Notes: generated by a model from the letters alone, not told the origin. 64,000 nucleotides of DNA from an uncultured Chloroflexia bacterium (GCA_963751345.1 CAVVUS010000047.1:64838-128837); one strand, 5' to 3'; numbered from the stretch's first letter, positions 40,699-50,770 are shown. Numbers and translations: made by a program.

Positions 40699-41981
40699 CT
40701 ATCCCCGAGTAACCGCTCCGGCGTTGCCAGGCCCGGGTGACTTGAAGAGCAGCACCGCGTCCTCCCAGCCTTCGGGGCAAGTGAAAGCCATTCCGGTAGT
40801 TGTCGCGCTTCCGCGTGCAGGCACCCTCTGACCCGACGAGGGGTGGATCCAAAACGCGGCGCTCTCCATGCCAGGGATATCCGGTCGGAGGGTCGCTGTG
40901 CCCGGCTCGCTGAGATAGATGATGGCCCAATGCCCGTCTGCGGCGCGAGCTGCCATCGCCCGCAGGGCGTTGTCCGCGCCGTCGGCCACCAAGAGCGTGG
41001 GGTCCGGCACGAGGGACCACCAAGCGTCCAGCCCCTCGAAAATCGCCCGGAACGTGTGCAGGTCCTGGGCGCCGGGCGCGTCGAGCCAATGGTCGTAGGC
41101 CAGCGGCGAGGTCCACGCATCGTTGTGGCCATAGACGTGGTGCGCGCCCGCCAACTGCGTCCAGAATGCCTGCTTGCGGATGTCGTGTGGCGTCTGCAGC
41201 CGGTCGAACTCCACGCCCTCGTAGCCACCCTCCGCCATAACCACCGGCTTCACGGGCGTCCTGGCGTAGTCGGCGGCCACCGCCTCCGGGATGCGCTCGT
41301 AGTCGATGCAGGTCTGGATCATATTGAAGGCCAGCCATGGCTCTGCGTGGATGAAGCTGGAAGAGGCGACGGACGGGTCGGGGTGGACCGAGATCAGGTG
41401 GCGCCCGGCATCGCCCTCCTGCAGTCCCGCGGCCAACTCGCGGCAGACGGGGACGTAGCTCGCCTCGGCCCTGGGGTACATAGACCATATCAAGTTCGGC
41501 ACTTCGCGGTAGCGGCGGGCGACCCAACGCGCCCAGTTGCGGGCTTGGTCGACCGTAATGATGTCGCGGTGCCACTGGTGAAAGACACCGACTACCAGTG
41601 TCTGGCCTGTCTTGGCGCCCAGGCCGATCACGTCGTCGACGTGGCGGAAGTAGCGTTCGTTGGGTCTGGTGGGGTCGTTGTTGATCCACGGCAGCTGACC
41701 CTCCAGGTTGGTGTAGGGGGTATCCGGGCCGCCGCCAATGTGCGCCATGTCGACGCCGGTCAGCATCACCAGGATGACGTTGAAGCCCTTGGCCTGGCGA
41801 TCCCTCAGAATCCGCAGCGCCGTCTCGGGCGAATAGCGGCGGAAGAGCTCCCACTGGGTGTCGCCCAGCCAGAAGGAGGGGCGCCCCTCTCCGTCGACGA
41901 AATACCGACCGTTGGCGCTCACGCCGACCAGGGCGGCTAAGCTTGGCCCCGGGCGATGCAGCTGCTGTGCTGCGTCACCAT
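40699..41981 (-). CDS. DUF4038/apiosidase-like glycoside hydrolase with putative collagen-binding C-terminus (start uncertain, likely 5' indel)
   Basis: SANGRYFVD...FWLGDTQW, PVVMAEGGYE, HVYG; the RBS-linked ATG at 41981 is out of frame with the body. Confidence 0.8.
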
Positions 41982-41983
41982 TC

Positions 41984-42355
41984 TCACCTCGCTTGCGTTC
42001 CGAACCGTGTCTCAAACTCCTCTGCCGTGACGCCGTACCAGCAGGTGTCGTAGAAGCTGCCTCGCGTGTAGCCCATTCGGCGCAACACGCCCTCCAGCTC
42101 GAAGCCCAGATGCTCGTGCAGCGTCGACCGCGGGGCACCGTCGAGCGTCTCGATCACCCACAGGTACTCGTCGTTGTGGCGTCCCTTCAGCGACTGCTCC
42201 GCCGTCCGGGCTTCGACCAAGGCCATAGATGAGGGAGGCCAGAGGAAGTCGAGATTGCGGGCGCGCTCGCTGTCCAGGTTCCACTCGTAGAAGATCGCGG
42301 CGTCGCCGGGCTCCATCGCCCTCAGCCGAACTCGTTGTCCCTGCCAGAAGCTCAT
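41984..42355 (-). pseudogene. RimJ/RimL-type GNAT acetyltransferase with internal in-frame deletion
   Basis: VRLRAME..D and LHEHLGFELEGVLRR present but the central acetyl-CoA-binding segment is missing. Confidence 0.65.
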
Positions 42356-42880
42356 GCCGGATCACCTCCGATGACCGTACTTCGGCGCTCCATCAGCACG
42401 ACGTCGCGCCAACGTCCGGCATAGGGTCCAAACGTCATGTGGCCGACTCGCTCTCGGACGCCGACCCGGCGGAATCCGTGCCTGGCGTGCAGGGCGAGGC
42501 TGGCTTCGTTCTCGGGAAAGATGCCTGCCTGAAGCGTCCAGATGCCGTGGGCCTCCGAGGCCGCGATTAGCGCCGCGATCAGCCGCGAGCCGATGCCCTT
42601 GCCCCGATGCGCTGCGCCGACGTAGAGGCTCACGTCCACCACGCCCGCGTAGACCTCACGAGACGAGGTCGGGCTCAGCGGCTGCCCAGCCCACCACGCC
42701 GCCGGTTACCGTCTCGCGGGCTACAAGGCTACACCCGGGCACCCTAGCCGCGTTCCATGCTTCCCACGACCCGGCCGGCGCCGTAGCGAACGTCGCGTTC
42801 CCGGTGGCGATGCCCTCGCTATAGATCGCGGCGACCTCGGTCCAGTCGCCGGCTACCATGGGTTCGATGTGGATTGTCAC
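42352..42880 (-). pseudogene. PAT-like GNAT N-acetyltransferase, split by 1-nt indel at ~42680
   Basis: IYSEGIATGNATF; shifted frame LSPTSSREVYAGVVDVSLYV..RGKGIG..ENEASLALH. Confidence 0.85.
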
Positions 42881-42905
42881 TCTCCCGCTGTCCCTGTCGC
42901 CGCTG

Positions 42906-43086
42906 TTGTCTGAATCACGGATTCTGCCGCTCGGAAGCGGACGGATTGCACGGATTTCACGGCCCGCTAAGCGCTTGACGCGTCATCATCTCAACGAGGC
43001 GAGTGACATCCTTCGTACACTGCTTCTATCCATGGGAATGGCGTAATCGGTCCGCTTCTAGGCGGCAGAATCCGTGATTCAGACAA
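42906..43086. repeat. Foldback element 1 (~45-bp inverted arms) downstream of the GxxExxY gene
   Basis: TTGTCTGAATCACGGATTCTGCCGC at 42906 and its reverse complement ending 43086. Confidence 0.9.
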
Positions 43087-43459
43087 CCAATCGCTTGTAT
43101 GTCAGGCTCTGAGTGCCGAAGTTCAGGAGCAGCCCGACCTCCAGATGGTAGGCCTTGAGATAGTTCAGGATCTGGGCCATATGGACCGGCTCGATCTTGC
43201 TCAACGCTTTGAGCTCGACCAGCACCTTGCCTTCTACGACAAAGTCGGCGCGCCGCGTCCCGATGGGCTCCGGTAGGTCCTTGTAGAAGATCTCCTGCTC
43301 GATCTCGCGTGCAAATGCGAGGCCTTCTTGCCGCATCTCATAGGCCAGTGCTCGCTGATAGATGACTTCTTGGAAGCCGTTGCCCAGGGCACCGTGCACG
43401 GCGAATGCCGCGTGCAGGACCTTCCCGGTGATGTCCCCATACTTAAGATCGCTCATCAT
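43079..43459 (-). CDS. GxxExxY protein (PD-(D/E)xK nuclease-like)
   Basis: GNGFQEVIYQRAL; RADFVVEGKVLVELKA; QILNYLK..GLLLNFG. Confidence 0.93.
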   Translation of the reverse strand: MMSDLKYGDITGKVLHAAFAVHGALGNGFQEVIYQRALAYEMRQEGLAFAREIEQEIFYKDLPEPIGTRRADFVVEGKVLVELKALSKIEPVHMAQILNYLKAYHLEVGLLLNFGTQSLTYKRLVV

Positions 43460-43513
43460 CGAGCCTCTCTTCGCTGCGCAGGCGGCACGAACTGCCGGTG
43501 AGTATATACCCGA

Positions 43514-43752
43514 TTGTCTGAATCACGGATTTGGCCGCTCGGAAGCGAACTGATTGCACGGATTCCACGGCTGGCTATGCTTGTCCCATCTCGCGACCTG
43601 AACGGAAGATACCATGTCACGGCGCACGGTTGCAGGCATCGTAGTTGGCTCACCTTCGATCTGTAGTATTCGCGCCTCGCTGTGATGAGTCGCCTTCCTT
43701 GGCGTCACCAGCCGTGAAATCCGTGCAATCCGCTTAATCCGTGATTCAGACA
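43514..43752. repeat. Foldback element 2 (same repeat family) upstream of the GxxExxY gene
   Basis: TTGTCTGAATCACGGATT...GATTGCACGGATTCCACGGCTGG at 43514-43574; inverted copy at 43708-43752. Confidence 0.9.
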
Positions 43753-43763
43753 GCGTCTCCACC

Positions 43764-43810
43764 TTGACACGCTCCTCCTTTGGTGTTAATATATGAGCGA
43801 TCATTCATAT
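43764..43810 (+). promoter_or_regulatory. Sigma70 promoter with SmtB/CzrA-type operator
   Basis: TTGACA-N17-TAATAT; palindrome ATATGA-N8-TCATAT at 43791-43810. Confidence 0.8.
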
Positions 43811-43829
43811 ATCAGGCGAAGCACAGGAG

Positions 43830-44193
43830 ATGGAGACGGTGATCGAACGAGGTGCGGCGTGCGACTACATAACGGAGCGCGAGTGCGGCGAGGCGCCGGT
43901 CGAGGTGCTGGATGAGGCGACTGCGGCCCGGCTGGCGGCGACGTTCTCGGTGCTCAGCGATCCTACGCGGGTGAGGATCATCTCGGCGCTGGCGGGCTGT
44001 GCGCTCTGCGTGCACGACCTGGCGACGGCGCTGGACATGACCCATTCCGCCGTGTCGCACCAGCTTGGCGACCCTTCGTGAGATGCGGTTGGTGAGCAAC
44101 ACGAAGGACGGACGCCACGTTTACTACACGCTCGACGACGACCACATCTTTGATCTCTTCCAGCAGGGCCTGGCACATATTCAACACGAGTGA
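43830..44193 (+). pseudogene. ArsR/SmtB metalloregulator, split by 1-nt insertion at ~44066
   Basis: LSDPTRVRI, LCVHDL, SAVSHQL; shifted frame LREMRLV..DGRHVYYTLDDDHI..AHIQHE (alpha5 Zn site). Confidence 0.88.
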
Positions 44194-44203
44194 GGCGGTC
44201 CAG

Positions 44204-46408
44204 ATGGCACAGCACATCCATAGCACAACCCGCGAGCACGATGCCGCCCCTATTGTGGGTCACGACGGCGCTGAGACACTCACGTATCGGATTGAGGGAC
44301 TCTCCTGCATCGACTGTGCGGGGAGGATTGAGGCGGCGGTCGGCCGGATTGACGGCGTCAAGGCCGCTGAGGTGAATCCCGCGACGGGGATGCTCTCCTT
44401 CGAGGTGAGTGTCCCGGGCTTTGACGTCGCCCCTGTGGCGAAGATCGTCCAGGAGACGGGATACAAACTGGTGACGGAGCGCGAGCGGTCGCACGTTTCC
44501 GGTGGCCCTATGGGTTTCGCCCGATTTCTTCTCGGTTCCCGCGACACCACGCTGACCGCGATCGCGGGCGGCGTGACGCTCATCGGGCTGGCATTGCTGG
44601 TGAGCGGGCTCCCGCCCATCGTGTGGATCTCGGCCTTTGCGCTCGCCATCCTTGCCGGGGGAATACCGGTGGCGCTCCACGCCTTCCAGGAAGTTTGGAT
44701 CGCGCACGGGCTGGGGATCAATACGCTGATGGTCATCGCCGTGACCGGTGCCGTGCTCATCGGCGAGTGGTGGGAGGCCTCGATCGTCGTCGTGCTCTTC
44801 TCGCTGGGCGAGGCTCTGGAGGGCTTCGCTGCTGAACGATCCCGCGGTGCGCTTGAGTCGCTACTTGATCTCGTTCCGCCGACGGCGCTGCGGCTGGGGC
44901 CGGGCGGCGCGGTCGAGGAGGTGCCGGTGGAGGCACTGCGCCTCGGGGATCGGGTCCGTGTGCGGCCCGGCGACCGCGTGGGTGTCGACGGGATCGTGCG
45001 CAGCGGCACCAGCGCTGTGGACCAGGCGGCGATCACGGGAGAGAGTATGCCGGTGGACAAGGCGCCGGGGAGCGACGTCTTCGCCGGCACGATCAACACT
45101 TACGGCGCGCTCGAGGTCGAGGTTACCCGTCGCCAGGAGGACTCGACTCTCAGCCGGATGGTCGACTTGGTCCGTGAGGCCCAGGCCCGTCAGGCGCCGG
45201 TGCAGCGCTTCGTCGACCGCTTTGCCACGGTCTACACGCCGGTGGTTGCGGGCGTTGCACTATTGGTGGCTGTTGTACCGCCGCTGCTCTTCGGCCAGCC
45301 CTTCTGGGGTGACCACGGCTGGCTGATGCGCGCGCTGCAGATGCTGGTCATTGCGTGCCCCTGCGCGCTGGTCATCAGCACCCCCGTGACGGTGGTCAGT
45401 GCACTGACGAACTCTGCGGCCCACGGCGTATTGGTCAAGGGCGGAAGCACGCTGGAGACTCTGGGGCGGGTCCAGGTCTTCGCCTTCGACAAGACGGGGA
45501 CGCTTACGGTGGGCCAGCCTACCATTACCGATAACCTCACGGTCTGTAACGATACGTCGCACGAGCACCAGGGACTGGGCTATGCGGCGGCGGTCGAGAT
45601 GCAGTCGTCGCACCCGTTGGCGAAGGCGCTGGTGCAGGAGGCCGCAGCGCAGCACGTGGCCGTGCTGCCGTCGTCCGAGGTCAGCATGCTGAGCGGCAGG
45701 GGCGTCACGGGTCGCGTCAACGGCCGCCAGATCACGGTCGCGAGCCACACCTTTTTCGATCAGAGTATGCCACACGACGAGGCCGTCTGTCTTGACGCCG
45801 ACCGGCTGGCGTCCGAGGGCAAGACCGTGATGATGGTCTGCCACGACGAGAGCGTCTGCTCGATTTTCGCCGTTGCCGATACGCCACGGCCCGAAACGGC
45901 CGGCGTGGTTGCTGCGCTGCGAGGTGAGGGCGTGCGCACCGTGATGTTAACCGGGGACGGCGCTGCGGTCGCCCAGGCGATTGCGACCGAAGTGGGCATC
46001 GATGAGGTGCGGGCCGAGTTGCTGCCCGAGGACAAGGTGGCCGCGGTCCGCGAACTATCCGAGGGTGGGGTCGTCGTCGCGATGGTGGGGGACGGCGTCA
46101 ACGACGCTCCGGCCCTCGCTCAGGCGTCCGTGGGGATCGCGATGGGCGGCGCGGGGTCCGACCAAGCGATGGAGACCGCCGACGTGGTCCTGATGGGCGA
46201 TGACCTGCGCCAGTTACCTTTCTTGCTCCAGTTGAGCCGTAGAACGCAGCGCACGATCCGCACCAACGTGGCCTTTGCCCTTGGCATCAAGGCCTTGGTC
46301 TTCACGCTGGCGGTCATGGGTGTCGCCACGCTCTGGATGGCCATCGTCGCTGACGTCGGCGCCTCGCTGGCGGTGATCGTCAACGGGATGAGAATGAGAC
46401 GCGGGTGA
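44204..46408 (+). CDS. cadA: P1B-2 type Zn/Cd/Pb-exporting ATPase
   Basis: HMA GLSCIDC, TGES, CPC, DKTGT, GDGVNDAP, TM Lys and ADVG. Confidence 0.93.
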   Translation: MAQHIHSTTREHDAAPIVGHDGAETLTYRIEGLSCIDCAGRIEAAVGRIDGVKAAEVNPATGMLSFEVSVPGFDVAPVAKIVQETGYKLVTERERSHVSGGPMGFARFLLGSRDTTLTAIAGGVTLIGLALLVSGLPPIVWISAFALAILAGGIPVALHAFQEVWIAHGLGINTLMVIAVTGAVLIGEWWEASIVVVLFSLGEALEGFAAERSRGALESLLDLVPPTALRLGPGGAVEEVPVEALRLGDRVRVRPGDRVGVDGIVRSGTSAVDQAAITGESMPVDKAPGSDVFAGTINTYGALEVEVTRRQEDSTLSRMVDLVREAQARQAPVQRFVDRFATVYTPVVAGVALLVAVVPPLLFGQPFWGDHGWLMRALQMLVIACPCALVISTPVTVVSALTNSAAHGVLVKGGSTLETLGRVQVFAFDKTGTLTVGQPTITDNLTVCNDTSHEHQGLGYAAAVEMQSSHPLAKALVQEAAAQHVAVLPSSEVSMLSGRGVTGRVNGRQITVASHTFFDQSMPHDEAVCLDADRLASEGKTVMMVCHDESVCSIFAVADTPRPETAGVVAALRGEGVRTVMLTGDGAAVAQAIATEVGIDEVRAELLPEDKVAAVRELSEGGVVVAMVGDGVNDAPALAQASVGIAMGGAGSDQAMETADVVLMGDDLRQLPFLLQLSRRTQRTIRTNVAFALGIKALVFTLAVMGVATLWMAIVADVGASLAVIVNGMRMRRG

Positions 46409-46431
46409 GGTGCTCGGCACCTCACCCGCGT
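46399..46431. terminator. Hairpin between convergent cadA and mtaB
   Basis: ACGCGGGTGAGGTGC-tcg-GCACCTCACCCGCGT. Confidence 0.7.
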
Positions 46432-46444
46432 TTGGCCACACAGG

Positions 46445-47845
46445 CTATCCTAGCCCGTATGCCTCCGGCAGGAAGAGGTCGTGATACGCCGGCGGGAGCC
46501 TGCGGCTCAATGTCTCCGGATCGTCGGGTAGCTCGGCGACCGCGCGGCTCAACCGCTCGAACCAACGTGTCTCACGCTTGTCGAGCGTGACCTTCCCCGC
46601 ACCGACTGCCCCCCGGATCGTCTCCACGGCAAAGTGCGCCATCGCGACCGTCTGCGTGTAGGGATCCTCGCCTGCGGCGACGATGCGCTCACCCGCGGCG
46701 TACATCACGGCCGGGTCCAGGACGAGGGCCTGGGGGTCGAGGTAGCGGTCCGACTGCACGAAGATGTCGCGCAGTTGGTGGGCGAGCCCCATCTTCCTCG
46801 CTGTGTTCATCTGGCGGGCATCGTAGATCAGGATCTCGGCGAACGTCTCGGGGGCATACCCGCCCAACAGGCGGACTTGCTGGACCGACTCGTTGCTCCA
46901 CAGATCACAGGCCGCGGCGGCGATGTTGCCCAGCGGCGACGAGTGGGCGCACGCACTGGATTTTCCCTCCATGGAGATCGGCACGCCCGTGATGGCCTTG
47001 ATCACCGGGTTCTCGTAGCCGCAGTCCTTCAGTGGTCCTGTCGCACCGTGAAGCACCGCCATCAGCGAGCGTGGCGCAGTCATCAACCGCACGATGGCGG
47101 CGAGCGTCTTGGGGAGCATGCCCTGGTGGGCAAGCTGCATCGCGGTGTTCCCGAAGCCGCAGGCCGTGTCGCCCCCTGAGACGATGCCGTGGTCCCGGGC
47201 GATGGCCGTGATGTGGTCCCAGAGGAAGCCCATGTCGCGCGGCGCCAGAACGCCCAGCGCGTAGGCCAGGCCGTCAATGTTCCCCTCCAGCAACGCCTGG
47301 TCTGAGACCTCCTTCCCGCCGGTGCTCTCGATGGCCAGGATATCCGCACCGGCCCCCGCACAGCGATCGAAGGACTCCAGCATGCTGTCGAGCAGCGCAC
47401 CTTGCCGCATTTGGGGCGGTCGCGTCTGTTCCCTGATGTCGGCGACGGTGACGCGCAGGGCGGTCCGCAGGCCGTAGCGCGTATGGAATTCATCCATTAT
47501 CTCCTTGAGATCCGCCGTGATGGCGGCGCCGATCTCCGGATGGAGCGTCATCTCGTAGAGCTGCTCGAACTCCAGCACCAGCGCAGGCTGTGATAGCTGC
47601 ACGGCGCGCTGCAGTACCTGCGTGGCGATCTCTCGGTAGATCCGGTGGATCTCAGGGAGGGTGCCGGGCTCGATCAGGATGGCCGGCAGCGTGAACTTCA
47701 CCTCGGGGAGTACGTCCCCGCCCCCGATGACGACTCCATAGCCGGCGGTCACCGGCTTCGTGGCCGTGCCAAAGATCAGGGCATCGGCCGACGGAAAGGC
47801 CAGCTTGCTCGCGTACGACCGATCTGTAACGTCACCACCTGACAT
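46445..47845 (-). CDS. mtaB: Methanol:corrinoid methyltransferase MtaB family protein
   Basis: IESTGGKE, GDTACGFGNTAM, GPLKDCGYE, EGKSSACAH, DLWSNESV; GAGGTG RBS. Confidence 0.9.
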   Translation of the reverse strand: MSGGDVTDRSYASKLAFPSADALIFGTATKPVTAGYGVVIGGGDVLPEVKFTLPAILIEPGTLPEIHRIYREIATQVLQRAVQLSQPALVLEFEQLYEMTLHPEIGAAITADLKEIMDEFHTRYGLRTALRVTVADIREQTRPPQMRQGALLDSMLESFDRCAGAGADILAIESTGGKEVSDQALLEGNIDGLAYALGVLAPRDMGFLWDHITAIARDHGIVSGGDTACGFGNTAMQLAHQGMLPKTLAAIVRLMTAPRSLMAVLHGATGPLKDCGYENPVIKAITGVPISMEGKSSACAHSSPLGNIAAAACDLWSNESVQQVRLLGGYAPETFAEILIYDARQMNTARKMGLAHQLRDIFVQSDRYLDPQALVLDPAVMYAAGERIVAAGEDPYTQTVAMAHFAVETIRGAVGAGKVTLDKRETRWFERLSRAVAELPDDPETLSRRLPPAYHDLFLPEAYGLG

Positions 47846-47983
47846 AGTCACCTCGCTGTTGGCTAGTTGATCCGGTTGTTTTTCCTCAATGTCCCAGTCT
47901 ACGTGGACGAGGCCGCGGGGGTGAGCGCGCAACGGCGGGGGCTCATCCCCGCCATTTGGCGGGGTCCGGTTGCCTTTCGGACT

Positions 47984-48052
47984 AACCTTGCGAAGGTGGC
48001 CCGCCCCCCCGGCAGACTGCGCCGGGGCTCGGGCTTGGACCTTCGCAAGGAT
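47984..48052. repeat. REP doublet with internal GC-rich hairpin
   Basis: AACCTTGCGAAGGT...ACCTTCGCAAGGAT. Confidence 0.75.
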
Positions 48053-48114
48053 CGCGCCCAGCATGTATAATGGGGACACGACCAGTCAGGACAAGACAAG
48101 GCTAAGGAGAACTC

Positions 48115-49143
48115 ATGGCCAACAATCACGGCGCAGCACCCTATCCACCCAGCGAGGTGGTCACGAGGCTCAAGTGGGACAACGACATCCTTCGCTACGG
48201 CGGCGAGCGGGCGGGTGACAACTGGGCCCTCACCTGGGTCGCCACCGGACAGTCGTCCGCGGACGACCGGTTCATCACCTCGTACGGTGACGGCAATGGA
48301 TTCGCTCCGCGGCCGGAGAACTACACTTTGGCCTTTGCTACCGTGCAAGGTCAGCCGCCGGATCTCCACGTTGCCGACCTGGTGACGGACATCGACACGC
48401 CCGTGGGATGGGGGAAGAAGGGGATCAAGGCCAGCGGGCTCTTGATGGTCGAGGACGCGCTCTATCTCTTCGTCCGAAACTACGAGGTTGGCGATGACTG
48501 GCGACATTCCCGCCTGGCGGTCTCGTTGGATCAGGGCGAGACCTGGACCTGGGCGGATTGGCACTTTGCCGAGAGCTTCGGCTGCCCCGAGTTCGTGCAG
48601 TATGGCCCGGCCTATGCCGGGGCCCGCGACGATTACGTCTACGTGGTCTCGCAGGATGGACGCAGCGCCTATGATTTTGCCCCGAACGTCGTGATGGCCC
48701 GCGTCCCCAAGGCTCAGGTGGCCCGCCGCGAGGCTTACGAGTTTTTCGCCGGCCATGGCGCCTCGGGGCCGAACTGGAACCCTGATATCGCGCGCAGAAA
48801 GCCGGTTTTCACCGATCCCCGGGGGACCCAGCGAGTCGCGCTCACGTATAATCGTGGGCTGGGGCGCTACTTCCTCGTGACGGCGCATGCCGTTGGCTCA
48901 GGCGCCACGCACACGCCCGCGCTTGGCGTCTTTGACGCACCCGAGCCGTGGGGGCCGTGGACCACCGTCTATTACGACGATGCGTGGGCCGATGGCTGGA
49001 TGATCCACCACAAGTTCCCCACCGGCTGGATGAGCGAGGACGGGCGGACGATGTGGCTCGCCTTCTCGGGCGAGTACCGTCCTGGGGGCAAGGATTACTG
49101 TCTGCTACTGCGACGCGCGGAGCTCATAGCTGTCAGTGATTAG
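48115..49143 (+). CDS. DUF4185-like beta-propeller glycoside hydrolase
   Basis: GDNWALTW, YGDGNGF, SLDQGETW Asp-box, DAPEPWGPW. Confidence 0.75.
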   Translation: MANNHGAAPYPPSEVVTRLKWDNDILRYGGERAGDNWALTWVATGQSSADDRFITSYGDGNGFAPRPENYTLAFATVQGQPPDLHVADLVTDIDTPVGWGKKGIKASGLLMVEDALYLFVRNYEVGDDWRHSRLAVSLDQGETWTWADWHFAESFGCPEFVQYGPAYAGARDDYVYVVSQDGRSAYDFAPNVVMARVPKAQVARREAYEFFAGHGASGPNWNPDIARRKPVFTDPRGTQRVALTYNRGLGRYFLVTAHAVGSGATHTPALGVFDAPEPWGPWTTVYYDDAWADGWMIHHKFPTGWMSEDGRTMWLAFSGEYRPGGKDYCLLLRRAELIAVSD

Positions 49144-50118
49144 CGGTCAGCGTTCAGGCCGTCAAGGTCCTGCAGCATCTCGGCCAGGTCACGTCCGTCG
49201 CGGTCGGGGCCGCCATCGCCGTGGGCGATGCGCACTATGTAATCGGCTGTATCTTCGAGGGCTCGGCGAACTCCGTAGAATTCCAGCGCCGTTGCGTCGA
49301 CCTGGATCTTCCCTGCCTTAGCTTCGTATGCGGGCAGAAAGGCCTCGCGGAATCCCGCGTCGTCGATGACGAACATCAGGTCGTGTTCGCGAGGGGCGAG
49401 CAGCGCGTTGTCCCAGTCGATGATGTAGAGGTCGCCCTCACGGCTCCGCATCAGGTTCCACCCATGGATGTCCGTATGACAGATCACGACCGGCGCTGCC
49501 TTCTCCCGCATCCGACGCTGAAGCTGCGTCAACCGTTCGAGTTGGGCCTTGATCTCGCCCGCGTGGGAGCGGAGCGCTGCCTGAACCCACCGATGGCCGG
49601 GTGAGCCGGACGGGGCGGGAGCGACTGCGGCAAGCAGCACATTGCGGAAGGCGACGTCGAATTCGTCGTAGAAGGGATGGGCGAGCGTCTTATACACGGT
49701 GCTGGCATGAAGCCTGCCCCAACAAATCCCCGACCTCGGCGGGCACGGCATCGGTCATCCCCTCATCGCCTAGCGTCACCCCGTCGATGTAATTGGTCAG
49801 GATCACTGCGTAGGTCTTGAAGGACACCCACAGCCTGCCCGTGCGCGTGGGGATGGGATACGCGATGTGCGGCAGGATGCCGCGTTGGTGGAGCTCGCGC
49901 GTGAGGGGCAGGTAGAAGTCACGCGAGGTTGCGGCAAAGGTCCACGGGACCCTGTCCTGTACCTTGAGGTAGTAGCGTGCTCCGTCCGGCGTGCCTATGA
50001 CATATCCGCCGACCGACCACTCTGCCGCGCGGTAGTCAGTAGTGCGTACATTGATGCCGTATTCCTGACGTAAGAGGTCCCTCAGCTCTGCTACGCTGAT
50101 GGGCGGCTGGGATTCCAT
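49140..50118 (-). pseudogene. Aminoglycoside phosphotransferase-family kinase, split by +1 G at ~49712
   Basis: YYLK; DLLG then RLH in other frame; CHTDIHGWNL; IIDWD; PREHDL. Confidence 0.85.
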
Positions 50119-50270
50119 GAGTTGAAGCTCTCCGTGCTATTGGTGAGGAGCGTTCTACCACCGATCCTGCGAAGCCTGTCCCGGCGTTCCCAGGCAGGAA
50201 GTCAGCCCGAGCCCCGGGGGTTCTGCCGGGACTCGGGCTGTTCTCACAACGTCGTTCGGTCCACTTCCGT

Positions 50271-50738
50271 CTAGCTCTTGAAGGGCAAGAGCGGGCACTG
50301 GAAGTAGGGCGTAAGGTGCCCAACATCGGTGGGCCCGTCGATCGTGAGATACCCCGCCATCGCCGCAGCTTGGAGTTGAGCGAACGAAGTGATCTGCGAG
50401 CCAATGGCCGTGGGATCCGTCACCGTCACCTGGGTGAGTATCCACCGGCCGCCGTTATACGCGGGATTTCCCGGCCCAGCCTCTGCGACCGGGGCCTGCG
50501 AGGAGCCGTCAGGGTACATCACTGCTCCCCCGTCCCCCAGCGCGAAGACGAACAGGGCTTCGAAGGAGTGAGCGTTGTTCCCCCTCGGCGCCGGCAGGTA
50601 GGTGGTCAGCTTGGTCCCCCACTGCCGACCGTCTGCCCAGATCCCAGCACCAAAGTTCGGCCCAGCCGCCGCCACCGGAGCCACCACCAACAATGCCGCA
50701 ACCAGCACCGATACCAACACCATCATCTTGCGCAACAT
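50271..50738 (-). CDS. Secreted small protein (DUF7482-like)
   Basis: Signal peptide; QAPVAEAGPGNPAYNGGRW; ITS..L; FQCPL. Confidence 0.7.
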   Translation of the reverse strand: MLRKMMVLVSVLVAALLVVAPVAAAGPNFGAGIWADGRQWGTKLTTYLPAPRGNNAHSFEALFVFALGDGGAVMYPDGSSQAPVAEAGPGNPAYNGGRWILTQVTVTDPTAIGSQITSFAQLQAAAMAGYLTIDGPTDVGHLTPYFQCPLLPFKS

Positions 50739-50770
50739 GTCTGTCTCCTTTCGTGTTTCAACCTACATGG

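Noticed and set aside
40232-41854. 540-aa ORF
   Set aside because: Off-frame read-through of the DUF4038 gene into the true hydrolase N-terminus (ATG 40642)
43523-43804. 93-aa ORF (and 42858-43046) containing LSESRI..RIARISR
   Set aside because: Translation of the foldback repeat arms; no evidence of a gene
47846-48114. Cobalamin riboswitch upstream of mtaB
   Set aside because: No B12-box or conserved core seen; hairpins are largely explained by the REP doublet
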